The notes beneath the pieces are model-generated. The model searched no databases. It saw only the letters and a list, made by a program, of their open reading frames with translations, and was not told the DNA's origin. Positions 48,604-58,502 of a DNA stretch of 64,000 bases are shown in pieces. Source of the stretch: Patescibacteria group bacterium (GTDB taxonomy: Bacteria; Patescibacteriota; UBA1384; CAJBMM01); assembly GCA_041660565.1 (NCBI GenBank), contig JBAZWC010000001.1:366481-430480 (forward strand), in the 5' to 3' direction. The translations under genes were made by a program, and so were the position numbers. The number at the start of each line of letters is the position of its first letter. The first letter of the stretch is position 1.

Positions 48604-48730
48604 TGTCATTCCGGTCCGCCAGCTGGCGGATGACCCAGAACCCATGCTTTCTTGGTGTCATTCCGGGCTTGATTGTTCTGCTAAGAACTAACGACTCCAG
48701 CCGCAAGGCAGTGAGGAGTATCCGGAATCT
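48604..48730. repeat. Two dRS3-like arms with nested inserts (16-bp palindrome; 48-nt structured insert)
   Basis: TCCGCCAGCTGGCGGA at 48615-48630 (also 43961-43976); 48674-48721 homologous to 24277-24324. Confidence 0.8.
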
Positions 48731-48868
48731 ATGTAAAAGATTATTAAGGATATCTAGAGATCTCGCAATGGATTCCATTTCCCATTCTCTATCTACCATC
48801 CTCCAACAAAGAAAGACGCCCGGCGGTCTCGCCGCAAGGCGTCTAGTTATGACGACGATGGTTCGTCA

Positions 48869-49078
48869 TCACTTAGTTCCGTAGATCCCCGGAAACGGGG
48901 TCATAACACGGTCCTGGGGGCGGTTCAGCCTCATGATGCGTACGTCCGCCGATTCTGCCCGACCAATCGCCTGACGTCTCTCCTCATCGGTATTTGCGGC
49001 CTCTAGATCGGCTATCAGCTTCCCACCCGCCTCCGTCCCGTAGGCGCCAATAGTCCACCGTTTTTGCTCCTCAGTCAT
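48869..49078 (-). CDS. Small orphan protein
   Basis: SD AAGGAGGT; ATGA overlap with the upstream gene. Confidence 0.65.
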   Translation of the reverse strand: MTEEQKRWTIGAYGTEAGGKLIADLEAANTDEERRQAIGRAESADVRIMRLNRPQDRVMTPFPGIYGTK

Positions 49079-49338
49079 GCCACTACCTCCTTTTCGAGAT
49101 TCATGTCATCCCGCTCCAGACGTTTCCGGACAAAGCCCCGGATGCTGCGCGGTCCGTAGTACCCTCGGTCATCCTCGTCCTTGACGAATGGACAGACAAA
49201 CAGTTCGTCCATCGTCGACGGACAGGTAACCAACTCAAACTCTAGCCCCGGGACTTTCTTCATTTCGCTCATCGCCTCGTCGTTATCCGCTCCATCAGTT
49301 ATGACAAAGAGCGAAACCCCTAGTTTTTGGTCGCTCAT
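49075..49338 (-). CDS. Small orphan protein, possibly a degenerate glutaredoxin-like fold
   Basis: SD GGGAGGT; VCPFVKD..RGYYGPRSIRGFV resembles the end of a Grx fold. Confidence 0.55.
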   Translation of the reverse strand: MSDQKLGVSLFVITDGADNDEAMSEMKKVPGLEFELVTCPSTMDELFVCPFVKDEDDRGYYGPRSIRGFVRKRLERDDMNLEKEVVA

Positions 49339-49367
49339 TGCTGCATTACCTCCCATTCGGTGATCGA

Positions 49368-49568
49368 CTAGTCCAACGAGTCAAACCGAGCATCCTCCCA
49401 CGACATCCGACGAGCCTCGGCCAGCAAGTCTAGCTGCCGGTCAATCCTTGCACCCAACTCGTCCCTCGCGGCCACGATACGTTTCGTCGGACGCGGAAGT
49501 AGAACCGGCCCGCCACCTTGAACCAGCCGGTCCAGGAAAATGCGGGTTGATGATGGCTTTGTCTTCAT
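49368..49568 (-). CDS. Small orphan protein
   Basis: SD GGGAG; first gene of a three-gene GC-rich unit. Confidence 0.55.
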   Translation of the reverse strand: MKTKPSSTRIFLDRLVQGGGPVLLPRPTKRIVAARDELGARIDRQLDLLAEARRMSWEDARFDSLD

Positions 49569-49673
49569 TACGTCTCTCCCAATGAACCGAGATATTATCA
49601 ATGTTATGTGAAGGTTCAGCTTTGTTATCAGCTTTAGATTACAGCGACATTTGCCTTGACGCAATAGTCTCTT

Positions 49674-49750
49674 TGTCATTCCCGTGAAGACGGGAATCCA
49701 GACTATGAAAATATTTTCCACATAGATTCCGGATCAAGTCCGGAATGACA
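49674..49750. repeat. Complete dRS3-like palindromic element
   Basis: tgtcATTCCCgtgaagacGGGAATcc ... gattccggatcaagtccggaatgaca; the ATTCCC-N8-GGGAAT core matches the Neisseria dRS3 pattern. Confidence 0.85.
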
Positions 49751-49833
49751 TGGCCGAGTGATTGACATTTTAGAATTGTAGAGTATAATTTGGACTAGTC
49801 GCTACATTCTTCACTGAGGGAGGTGAGACAGGG

Positions 49834-50202
49834 ATGTTGTATGTCTGGATTGGAGACATCGCTCCAGACGTTGATAGCGAATACGTCCGCCGACTGGAGC
49901 TGGAAGTGGAGACGACAATCGGTCATGCCGTTCACCCCAGACCAGTCAAGTGTTGGGCAGCAAGGGCATTTCGCTGCTCCGATGAGCCACAGCAGACACC
50001 TTCGGTCATGACGATCCATGTCATCTCGGCAGGACCGATCCCGGCAACAGACGTGGATCGACTCCAGCAGCTACTTCATGAGATCGCGCTCAGGTTCATC
50101 ACGGATTGCAATTCAGGACAACATGGGTTAGCAGTTATGGTAGTAGGCTACTCCCGCGACCCGCTGTCCTACCAGTACCTAACGACTGACGACACGCCCT
50201 GA
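49834..50202 (+). CDS. Orphan protein (GC-rich)
   Basis: TTGACA-16-TATAAT promoter, SD GGGAGGT, terminator 50213-50249. Confidence 0.7.
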   Translation: MLYVWIGDIAPDVDSEYVRRLELEVETTIGHAVHPRPVKCWAARAFRCSDEPQQTPSVMTIHVISAGPIPATDVDRLQQLLHEIALRFITDCNSGQHGLAVMVVGYSRDPLSYQYLTTDDTP

Positions 50203-50264
50203 TCAGCTCAAAACCGCCTACTGCAACCCCGCAGCGGGCGGTGATTTTTTTGTACGACAAGGGT

Positions 50265-50290
50265 GGGCGGACACATAGGTCCGCCCCTAC
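50265..50290. repeat. GTAG-type REP-like hairpin
   Basis: gggcggac-acatag-gtccgccc-ctac. Confidence 0.6.
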
Positions 50291-50359
50291 GTTGCTAGAT
50301 TAATCATTGTGATTTCGAAATTTATTTCAAATTTCAAATTGTAAATTTCAAATTCGTTA

Positions 50360-51490
50360 CTATCTCAAATAGTCCTTAAGACGATCGGATTGTTCGTTTT
50401 TCTTCAGTTTTTGTAGTGATTTTGCTTCAATTTGGCGAATACGTTCACGCGTTACCCCAAACTCTTGCCCTACTTCTTCCAGCGTGTGCGCTTTACCATC
50501 TTCGTTTAGCCCAAATCGCATTCGTAGAATTTTTTGCTCGCGCGCAGCTAGTGTGTCCAAAAATTCATCCACATGCCCACGCAATAGCTGGTAGATGGCT
50601 GATTCTTCCGGGCTTAGGCTTTCTTTGTCTTCCAAAAAATCGCCCAGCTTTGAGTCTTCTTCTTCACCAACCGGCGATTCCAGCGAGACCGTTTCTTGGC
50701 TAATCTTTAAAATATGCTCAACTTTATCTACTTCTAGGCCCATTTCGGCTGCAATTTCTTCCGGCAACGGTTCGCGCCCTAAATCTTGCACTAGCTGACG
50801 CTGTACCCGAATTAATTTGTTGATCGTTTCAATCATATGCACCGGGATACGGATGGTGCGAGCTTGGTCGGCGATGGCACGGGTAATGGCTTGGCGAATC
50901 CACCAAGTAGCGTAAGTGGAAAACTTGTAACCTTTTTTGTAGTCAAATTTCTCTACCGCGCGCATTAAACCGGTGTTGCCCTCTTGAATTAGATCGAGTA
51001 GCTGCAAACCACGGCCAATGTATTTTTTCGCGATTGCCACCACCAAACGCAAGTTGGCCTCGGATAACCGTTTTTTAGATAGCTCATCACCTCTAGACAT
51101 TGCTTTGGCTAGCTGAACTTCTTCGGTTGGAGTTAATAGTGGGATGCGTCCGATTTCACGTAAATACATTCGCACCGAATCATCGGAAATGTCACGCAGA
51201 TCGATTGAATCAAAATCGTCATCTTCTTCTAGTGATTTGATTTGTTCCGGAGAAACCAAGCGCGCCAAAATTCCACCGGCGGCGGTGTCTTTGACTTCGA
51301 TGCCACGGCGATAAAAATAATCGAATAGTGCGTCTAGCTGCGGAATATCATCTTCAATGTTCGGAAATGCTTGTAACATTTCTTGAGTTGTCACAAAGCC
51401 ATGAGTTCGGCCTTTGCGAATTAGAGCAACCAGCTGGTCTTGAAAATCCAACGGCTCTTCGGTTTTTAATTTTACTACGCGTTTTGTCAT
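50360..51490 (-). CDS. rpoD: Primary sigma factor RpoD
   Basis: [57 protein letters not shown]. Confidence 0.97.
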   Translation of the reverse strand: MTKRVVKLKTEEPLDFQDQLVALIRKGRTHGFVTTQEMLQAFPNIEDDIPQLDALFDYFYRRGIEVKDTAAGGILARLVSPEQIKSLEEDDDFDSIDLRDISDDSVRMYLREIGRIPLLTPTEEVQLAKAMSRGDELSKKRLSEANLRLVVAIAKKYIGRGLQLLDLIQEGNTGLMRAVEKFDYKKGYKFSTYATWWIRQAITRAIADQARTIRIPVHMIETINKLIRVQRQLVQDLGREPLPEEIAAEMGLEVDKVEHILKISQETVSLESPVGEEEDSKLGDFLEDKESLSPEESAIYQLLRGHVDEFLDTLAAREQKILRMRFGLNEDGKAHTLEEVGQEFGVTRERIRQIEAKSLQKLKKNEQSDRLKDYLR

Positions 51491-51542
51491 ATTTGCATTA
51501 AAGACGAATTACGAATTCAAAATTCGAAACTTTTTTAAAATT

Positions 51543-51584
51543 AGATGCTTCGCATCGAAATCACTCGCAGAATGCTCGCGATTA
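51543..51584. mobile_element. 42-nt two-hairpin mini-element inserted in an AAATT repeat arm
   Basis: agatgcttcgcatcgaaatcactcgcagaatgctcgcgatta; second copy at 59142-59183; empty site at 63156-63178. Confidence 0.7.
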
Positions 51585-51595
51585 TCAAATCCGTC

Positions 51596-53332
51596 TTACC
51601 TCTCATTACTAACTATAATATCATTTTCAATCGATTTTAGCAATGCCTGAGCTTTCTTTTTATCCCCACTCTTGAGCGCTGTGGCAATTGCCTGTGTATT
51701 TTGTTGAATTCGGCCTTCGCGTTCCCGATCACCAAACCGCGCCAACCGATCTGAAATTTCAATGATAATTGATGGCTGATCCATTTGTTCGTGACTACGC
51801 AGCTGTTCCATCATCAGCTGATTTAGGCGATTTTTCCATGCCGGCGGCAATTCCTTATATATGTCATCTACCTTTTGATTATTTTTTTTAGCTTTACTAA
51901 TGGCATCGAATACTTTTTGCAGCGAACTGTTATCAAAAATTATCTCCGGCAAAACAATTAACAGATCAAAATACGCCAACATCACACCAATTAACTGCTC
52001 TTCTTGCCCATCGGGTTTAACGGCTTGAGGCTTGATAGCAGTTTCCGAGTTAGGGCGAGAAGCTTGCTGATCATTTAATAACACCGCTTCACTTACTCCC
52101 AGTTTTCCCGCTAATCGATGCAAATATTCTTCTTTCTCCAACCCGTTTTGCACCGCCGCAATTAATGGTGACAACTTGGCCACAATCGCCTTTTTACCTA
52201 CTCCGGTTAAATTGGCGTTGCCACCAAAAGCTTGATTAAGGAAAAAATCAAAACAGGGCAATGCCGCATCAACCGCCCCCTTCCAGTCTGCTAAATTATG
52301 ACGAATACATTCATCCGGGTCTTTACCGTACGGTATAGTGACGGCGTAAGGATTCAAATCTACCTCCCACGCCATAATGGCCGCGGAATACAACGTTTTT
52401 TGCCCCGCCGCATCTGCGTCAAAAGCAAAGTAAATTTGATTGGTGTAGCGTTTCAGTAATTTTAGATGATCGCGGGTAAGAGCGGTGCCAGAGGTGGCGA
52501 TGGTGTTAGCAAACCCAAATTGGTGTGAGGTAATTACATCCATTTGTCCTTCAACTACAATCACTTTGTCTTCGGATCGGATAGTTTTACGCGCCAAGCT
52601 GATCCCATAAAGTGCTTCACTTTTACGAAACGCCGGCGATTCCGAGGTATTAAGGTACTTTGCCACGTCATTTTGATCCTGCAGAATACGGCCGGTAAAA
52701 CCAATTATTTGACCACTGGCATCGTCTATCGGGAACATAATGCGACCACGAAAGCGATCGTAAAAGTTGTTTGAACCGGTTTTTTTGACGCTCAAGCCGG
52801 ATTTGACCGCCCACTCTAAATCAATCCCTTTTTTAGTCAGCATTGCTTCAATATTATGCCAACCGTCCGGGGCATAGCCAATCTTAAAAGCTTCAATCAT
52901 TTCTGTTGATATGCCACGTTTTTCCAAATACTGACGCGCCAAATTAGCCACGGGCGATTTTAATAAAATTTGATGATAAAAATTCGATGCAACTATTAGC
53001 ACTTCCAATATCTTACTTTTTTCAGAGCGTTCTTGATTTTCTTTATCGGACATCGGTGAAATTTCGATGCCTACACGCGCCGCCAGTTTAGACAAAGCTT
53101 CTACAAACGATAATCCATCGATTTTTTGTACAAACGAAATAACATCTCCACCCTCATTACAACCGAAACAGTGCCAAGATTGACGCTCGGCGCTTACCGA
53201 AAATGACGGTGTTTTTTCACTATGAAACGGGCATAAACCTTTGTAGGTTATACCACTTTTTTTAAGCGTTAGATATTCGCCAATAATTTCGACAATATCT
53301 AGCTTAGATTTAATCTCATCTACATCGGCCAT
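51596..53332 (-). CDS. dnaG: DNA primase
   Basis: CPFHSEKTPSF..CFGC zinc ribbon; KYLNT; EGQMD; FDADAAG TOPRIM. Confidence 0.97.
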   Translation of the reverse strand: MADVDEIKSKLDIVEIIGEYLTLKKSGITYKGLCPFHSEKTPSFSVSAERQSWHCFGCNEGGDVISFVQKIDGLSFVEALSKLAARVGIEISPMSDKENQERSEKSKILEVLIVASNFYHQILLKSPVANLARQYLEKRGISTEMIEAFKIGYAPDGWHNIEAMLTKKGIDLEWAVKSGLSVKKTGSNNFYDRFRGRIMFPIDDASGQIIGFTGRILQDQNDVAKYLNTSESPAFRKSEALYGISLARKTIRSEDKVIVVEGQMDVITSHQFGFANTIATSGTALTRDHLKLLKRYTNQIYFAFDADAAGQKTLYSAAIMAWEVDLNPYAVTIPYGKDPDECIRHNLADWKGAVDAALPCFDFFLNQAFGGNANLTGVGKKAIVAKLSPLIAAVQNGLEKEEYLHRLAGKLGVSEAVLLNDQQASRPNSETAIKPQAVKPDGQEEQLIGVMLAYFDLLIVLPEIIFDNSSLQKVFDAISKAKKNNQKVDDIYKELPPAWKNRLNQLMMEQLRSHEQMDQPSIIIEISDRLARFGDREREGRIQQNTQAIATALKSGDKKKAQALLKSIENDIIVSNER

Positions 53333-53373
53333 AGCAACCTTGTTTTGTGCCTAAAGCATAGCACAAAACAAAT

Positions 53374-53483
53374 AAATTCTAAATTCTAAGCACCAAATTC
53401 TAAAAATGTCATTCCGGATTTAATCCGGAATCTATATAAAAAATCTTTTATAGTCTGGATCCCGGGTCGAGCCCGGGATGACA
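53374..53483. repeat. Family B heptamer arm followed directly by a complete dRS3-like element
   Basis: aaattct aaattct aagcacc aaattct aaaaa | tgtcattccggatttaatccggaatc...gatcccgggtcgagcccgggatgaca. Confidence 0.85.
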
Positions 53484-53504
53484 GCTCGGGATACTAATCT
53501 CAAT

Positions 53505-55727
53505 TTACAAGCTATTATGCTTGTGTAATATGGCGGTAATAAACAGTTTAATTGCTTGGCGGCGCCAAATTGATACTCCGGCAAGAATCAGCAGAATTGT
53601 GCCAGACCCAGCTCCAACCGCCAATTTCATATCATCATTCTTTTTCTGTTCGTCGGTTGATGTTTCTAGCACCGGTGGAGATATTTTTGGCGTCGGAGTA
53701 GCGGTGGGAGCAACGGCGATATACGTTAATTTAAGCGTAGCGATAGTTTTACTATCCACCTGAACCGTAGCGGTGCGATCTCCCACTTCTGTTGATGAGA
53801 TTTCGGTAAACCACTCCGGACCAACCATCACGGTTTTGCCAACCGTAGTCTGACCACCACCCATCAAAATTGCCGGCGTACGATCGGTTAAGAACTTGTC
53901 GCTGGCATCTTTTATGCCCACCACAATACGATAAACCGATGTCCCATCGGCGGGAATGTTCGTTCCATCTAACCTGACGTATGTTTTTGTTTGGTCAAAT
54001 GGCGTTTTCGGCACCGCGGTTGCGGTAGATTTTTTCTTGGTTGAGGTAGAAGTAGATGTAGATGTAGAAGTGCTGCTTGCCCCTTGGCTGGTTGACGCGG
54101 CGGGAGTATCGGTACAACTTACCCCGGCAGCGTACGCTGGCGACTCACCAAAAGTTCTGGACGCGCCGCATAGTGTAGCGGTATCGCTTCCCGATGCCTT
54201 CCAGTAAGCAATGGTCGAACTATATTGATATGCGTACAGGTCTGAGCTACCGGTAATTGCAATTAATTCATCCACCGTACCATTGGCGCTGGCCGATCCA
54301 CCCTGACGGTCGATTACAAATGAGTTGAACGAGATAGGAAAATCAATATTACCATTCCCGCCCCAGCTAACCCATGCCGTGTCGGTACCAATACTAAACT
54401 GCTTGTAACTCCAACCCGAAGCAATACTGCCCAAATCTGTTTGAAACGTCTCACCATCTTTATCTTTAAATCTAAATTTCCATACGTTTTTAGTATCGTC
54501 ACCGTTAAACCAAGCAGCCAGCGCTGTTGGAGTTCCAGCAATTGGCATATTTCGCTCCGCCACTGCGTACGCAGAATCGGCGGTAAAATTGTATGATATC
54601 TTCATACCACTACCCGTGTATCCACCGGATGACGATAGCGATGTCGAACCGTTTGAGGTGCCATCGGTTTTCCAAGCCGAGCTCACCGCGTCAAAATTAT
54701 CCAATGTGGTTTTTGACTGAGGCGATAATTTAGTTCCGGTTCCCAAACCCGAAACATTAGAGATAACTTCTTTGACTTTTTCGAACGATTCTTTGTTAGA
54801 AAAACCAGATGTCAGCAAGCCGTAGCTATCGCCCTCATCATACAAACGATAAATAAACATCTTCTCTACCTTAGAAACGCTCTTTGCCATCAGCAACGTT
54901 CTGGCCAGCCAATTAGCTTGGCCACTGGTACCTTCCGCAGAAGATTGGTAGCCAATTTCAGTGATCCAGATATCTTTACCGCCACCATTTTTGTTAATGT
55001 TTCCTACCACCCGGTCTAGTTCACCCACCAAATCACCCCCGCCAAAGTTCACTTTTTCCGGATTGCCGGAGTGATAAACGTGCAAACCAATATCATCAAA
55101 CGCAGCCCAGCCTCCGGCAGTTTTAATTCCATCCCAAAAATTTGTAGCCTCAATACGAGAGGTTAACCCTGAACAAATAATCTTTGCCGATGGATTTATC
55201 CCTTTGATAATCGGATTAGCTTCATTTAAATACGTGGTGTAGTCGGCAGCTGAAAGATAGTTGTCGGCTTCATTCATAATTTCCCACGCCGCAACACCAC
55301 TGCCAAAATGTGAAACCACCAAATTAACGTAAGCTGTCCACGTTTCGTGTGAGGTACCGGCGCCCGGGTAGGTCAGTAACCCTAAGATTTTTAGACCAGA
55401 CGCACTCGATTTAGCATAAGCGGCGTCGTAAGGGGTAAAATCCATATTGGCAGAATAGGTGTATTCGTGGCGAATCCAGCCGAAACCGGCTTCGGTTACT
55501 TTACTGTTTGCGGTTGATTTGGCAGCATCACCTTGAAGAGACGACACCGCGTCGTTTACTCCAAATTCAGAAGACAGACCGGCGGCGTGAGAAGTGGTAA
55601 TTGGTGCTAGTTCGGTATAGTTGATATCGGTTAACGGCATTGCATTAAATGAAATAATTAAAGCAACCAAGGTACCTTTAATTAAGCCAACCGCAACACT
55701 TGCCCCGTATCGATGTTTCTTTGTCAT
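53505..55727 (-). CDS. Surface-anchored clan GH-A glycoside hydrolase with CBM-like and Ig-like domains
   Basis: WEIMNEAD acid/base, GLHVY, IWITEIG nucleophile; C-terminal TM; start re-called at MTKKHR. Confidence 0.82.
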   Translation of the reverse strand: MTKKHRYGASVAVGLIKGTLVALIISFNAMPLTDINYTELAPITTSHAAGLSSEFGVNDAVSSLQGDAAKSTANSKVTEAGFGWIRHEYTYSANMDFTPYDAAYAKSSASGLKILGLLTYPGAGTSHETWTAYVNLVVSHFGSGVAAWEIMNEADNYLSAADYTTYLNEANPIIKGINPSAKIICSGLTSRIEATNFWDGIKTAGGWAAFDDIGLHVYHSGNPEKVNFGGGDLVGELDRVVGNINKNGGGKDIWITEIGYQSSAEGTSGQANWLARTLLMAKSVSKVEKMFIYRLYDEGDSYGLLTSGFSNKESFEKVKEVISNVSGLGTGTKLSPQSKTTLDNFDAVSSAWKTDGTSNGSTSLSSSGGYTGSGMKISYNFTADSAYAVAERNMPIAGTPTALAAWFNGDDTKNVWKFRFKDKDGETFQTDLGSIASGWSYKQFSIGTDTAWVSWGGNGNIDFPISFNSFVIDRQGGSASANGTVDELIAITGSSDLYAYQYSSTIAYWKASGSDTATLCGASRTFGESPAYAAGVSCTDTPAASTSQGASSTSTSTSTSTSTKKKSTATAVPKTPFDQTKTYVRLDGTNIPADGTSVYRIVVGIKDASDKFLTDRTPAILMGGGQTTVGKTVMVGPEWFTEISSTEVGDRTATVQVDSKTIATLKLTYIAVAPTATPTPKISPPVLETSTDEQKKNDDMKLAVGAGSGTILLILAGVSIWRRQAIKLFITAILHKHNSL

Positions 55728-55756
55728 AATACTATTGTAACAGAGACAATTTAAAT

Positions 55757-55928
55757 TGTCATTCCCGCCCCGAGGCAATGCTCGGGGTAAACTTCGGCGG
55801 GAATCTGGTGCCAACCATCCCGAACTTGCTTCGGGGCAGCCTAAAACTAAGATTCTTTTCTGGATCCCCGAATAGAATGTCGGGACGCTAAGCGTTCCTT
55901 TGCCCCGCTCAGCGGGGCGGGGATGACA
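55757..55928. repeat. dRS3-like element with nested inserts including the twin-hairpin element (55882-55918)
   Basis: tgtcattcccg...cgggaatc ... gatccccga...[insert]...ggggatgaca. Confidence 0.8.
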
Positions 55929-55943
55929 GCTCGTGATATTTAT

Positions 55944-56600
55944 CTAATCTTTAATCTCAAACTTATCGCGGTGATGGATAGTGCTATCACCTTCTGAAAC
56001 CAAATAAAACATCGAAAACGATGCCGGTACATTTGGCTCGTTGACGATGTCGTTAAAAGCGGTAATTAAATCGATATGCGATAAATAGATTCGATTATAG
56101 TCTTGTTCGTCTTTGCCTACCGGAGAATCATCTCTGTTAACTCCGCCTAAACGCACCGCCGTCACCTGTAAATTGTGATATCGAGCGTAATATTTTCCCA
56201 GTTCTTCAAGATAAACTTTAGTGGCACCATATAAACTGGTTGGCATGGTGTGATCGGACGCCGAAATAACTCCTTCGTGCCCACGATACTCGCGCACGTG
56301 AACCGATGATGCTAAAACAACGTGTTTAATATTGTATCGAACCGCCACCTCTAGCACGTTTAGCGCCATTACAATGTTATCCGGGTCAAATTGGCCTTCG
56401 CTGTAAATGTCGCTGTCTTTCCATGCCAAATGAACCAGACAGTCAGTGTCCTTAGGCACGCACTGCGACAGCAATTCTAAATTGGTCATATCACACTGCA
56501 AACGGGTTAGCGGAGTTACGTCGTGAAAGTTGGCTAATCCGTCAACAAGCACACTTCCAACTACTCCGGTTGCTCCGGTGATGACTATATTTTTAGACAT
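55944..56600 (-). CDS. NAD-dependent epimerase/dehydratase (extended SDR)
   Basis: TGATGVVG, VHLA, ASS, YGATK. Confidence 0.88.
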   Translation of the reverse strand: MSKNIVITGATGVVGSVLVDGLANFHDVTPLTRLQCDMTNLELLSQCVPKDTDCLVHLAWKDSDIYSEGQFDPDNIVMALNVLEVAVRYNIKHVVLASSVHVREYRGHEGVISASDHTMPTSLYGATKVYLEELGKYYARYHNLQVTAVRLGGVNRDDSPVGKDEQDYNRIYLSHIDLITAFNDIVNEPNVPASFSMFYLVSEGDSTIHHRDKFEIKD

Positions 56601-56729
56601 TTAGATCTCCAATATCCTTTATAGTGTACCACATTTTGAGGATGTAGGATAGGGGGAAAGAATCAGGGCGGCGGAAATTCTTGCACCCTCGGGGAGAAAT
56701 ACGTTCACACCTGTGATTTCAACTCAGTT

Positions 56730-57911
56730 TTATTGTTCGTTTTGATATAAATCATCCAAATATTTTAAATTTTCAGGGAGATTTTTTAATAACGATAGCG
56801 GCAAATCCATTTCCCGTTCCTCATCGATCGCTGATTTTATTGAATCGACGCCAGGCCCGTGATCTTGTTCGACCCGCTGAACAACCCGCTTTAAGGGAAA
56901 ATGACTAAAATGCAAGCTACCCAACTCAATCGCCGCCCTCAAAAGATAATATCTATTATTCGGTTCGTTAAGATCAGGATTATCACGGCTTTTCCAGTCA
57001 AAACAACCTTTAATAAATTGTTTCTGCAAATCTGGGTTTGCCCACACCTTTCCGAAATACTGTTGAATGTCTCGTATCAAACCTAGAATTGGATAGTGTG
57101 TCGCGGATGCAGCTTCGAAATCAATCATCAGGTCAGGTTCTTGACCATCTTGGCTGTTGGCCCGAAAAAAGATGTTTTGAATGCCGGCGTCATTGTGAAC
57201 AAAATACTCATCATCTTGTTTTGGGAAGTGTTCAATTAATAGGTCTATTAGTTGCGGGAGTCGGGAAAACTCTCGAGCCAACTCGGCAACGTCAACCGAG
57301 TCACCGACGACTTGTTGCAGATTCTCAACTATCCCGGGATAATCGATAAATGACCGCCTTTGGTCAATCCCGTTTTTGAGTGACTCCGGGGAATCAACCA
57401 TCTGGCTCCACCCCTCAGCGCCTCTGTGCAAAAATCGAGTCGCGTCCTCATCCGACGGCAATTTGGCAAAACCATGGGACATTAGAGTTTGCGCAGATCG
57501 CGAACCATATTTTTGAGCTTCTTCATCACTCAAACCCGAAATATCCTCGTAGCTAACAAATGCACTGCCATCTTCAGATGATAATTTATCAAAAACTACC
57601 ATCCCGTGCTCCGAATCAATTTCAGAATACGGCAGAGAGACACCTGTGGTGTCGAAACCTAGATCTTGGGCTAGCAATGTGTTTGACACTTCCCGGGCTA
57701 GCTGGAGTTTGTGATTCGGCTCTTTCGCAATTTTCCCAAAGCATTGTTTGGTAAAAAAATAGGCGTATCGATCACCTTTAATGAACCCCTCTAAGTTAGT
57801 AAATTTGATTTCTTCTGGGCTAATCTGCAGCTTTTCCGCCACCGACAGGTGAATTTTTTGCTCTGGCTCTGATAGCATCGATTCTTCGTGGCCTATTGAT
57901 TCACTCAGCAT
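56730..57911 (-). CDS. Aminoglycoside-phosphotransferase/kinase-like protein
   Basis: FGKIA, FVHNDAGIQNIFF catalytic loop, IDFE; start uncertain. Confidence 0.7.
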   Translation of the reverse strand: MLSESIGHEESMLSEPEQKIHLSVAEKLQISPEEIKFTNLEGFIKGDRYAYFFTKQCFGKIAKEPNHKLQLAREVSNTLLAQDLGFDTTGVSLPYSEIDSEHGMVVFDKLSSEDGSAFVSYEDISGLSDEEAQKYGSRSAQTLMSHGFAKLPSDEDATRFLHRGAEGWSQMVDSPESLKNGIDQRRSFIDYPGIVENLQQVVGDSVDVAELAREFSRLPQLIDLLIEHFPKQDDEYFVHNDAGIQNIFFRANSQDGQEPDLMIDFEAASATHYPILGLIRDIQQYFGKVWANPDLQKQFIKGCFDWKSRDNPDLNEPNNRYYLLRAAIELGSLHFSHFPLKRVVQRVEQDHGPGVDSIKSAIDEEREMDLPLSLLKNLPENLKYLDDLYQNEQ

Positions 57912-58059
57912 GATGTAACCTTTTCCAGCCACGCAACCATCTTTCGAACATTTTCTGCTCATTCAAACTATTTTCCGCTGGCGGTTCTACACCCTTTTCG
58001 ACCAAACGGGGATATACTTCTGTCCGATATTGAATAATGGTTGGCTCTTGAATGTTCAT
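57901..58059 (-). CDS. Short ORF overlapping the kinase-like gene start (possible remnant)
   Basis: CATAAT 6 nt before ATG; stop overlaps the next ORF. Confidence 0.35.
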   Translation of the reverse strand: MNIQEPTIIQYRTEVYPRLVEKGVEPPAENSLNEQKMFERWLRGWKRLHHAE

Positions 58060-58228
58060 AAAATAATTATGAGTTCTATTTTCTGATAATTCAAGCAGCC
58101 CCTCTTGCACCCCCGAGGTGAAACATGTTCACGCCTATGATCTTGACAAAAAATAAACGTACAAATAACTACATGGCAAATATAAAGAATCAGGGCGGCG
58201 GAAAAATCTCCGTCGCCCTCGGCTTGTA

Positions 58229-58444
58229 TTACGCCGCCTTAGCGCGAAACTTCAGGGAACCCCGAAGCCACATGGCGGCCTCGATAGCCCTCATCGCCTG
58301 CGACTCGTTGAAGATGAACTCGACACGTTGCTCGCGGCACTCCGAACACCTGACCTGCCTAATGACCGCCTTGCCGTCTTCTTCGGTGGCAACGTATCCG
58401 CTCGGTAGAATCTTGTTCAGCGCCTCAATCAAATCCACCTGCAT
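58229..58444 (-). CDS. Small orphan protein with CxxC (GC-rich)
   Basis: TTGACG-17-TATATT promoter overlapping the smpB stop, SD AAGGGAG, terminator 58192-58219. Confidence 0.6.
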   Translation of the reverse strand: MQVDLIEALNKILPSGYVATEEDGKAVIRQVRCSECREQRVEFIFNESQAMRAIEAAMWLRGSLKFRAKAA

Positions 58445-58502
58445 CGCGCGTCTCCCTTGCGACCAGTTTGTAGCTATAATATATCAGTTTTGTGATCAGT
58501 CG

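Noticed and set aside
55728-55814. N-terminal extension of the glycoside hydrolase ORF (likewise 49569-49721, 18763-18801, 27605-27679, 34299-34376)
   Set aside because: These extensions run through palindromic elements or promoters. Better starts exist with an SD or an adjacent -10 box.
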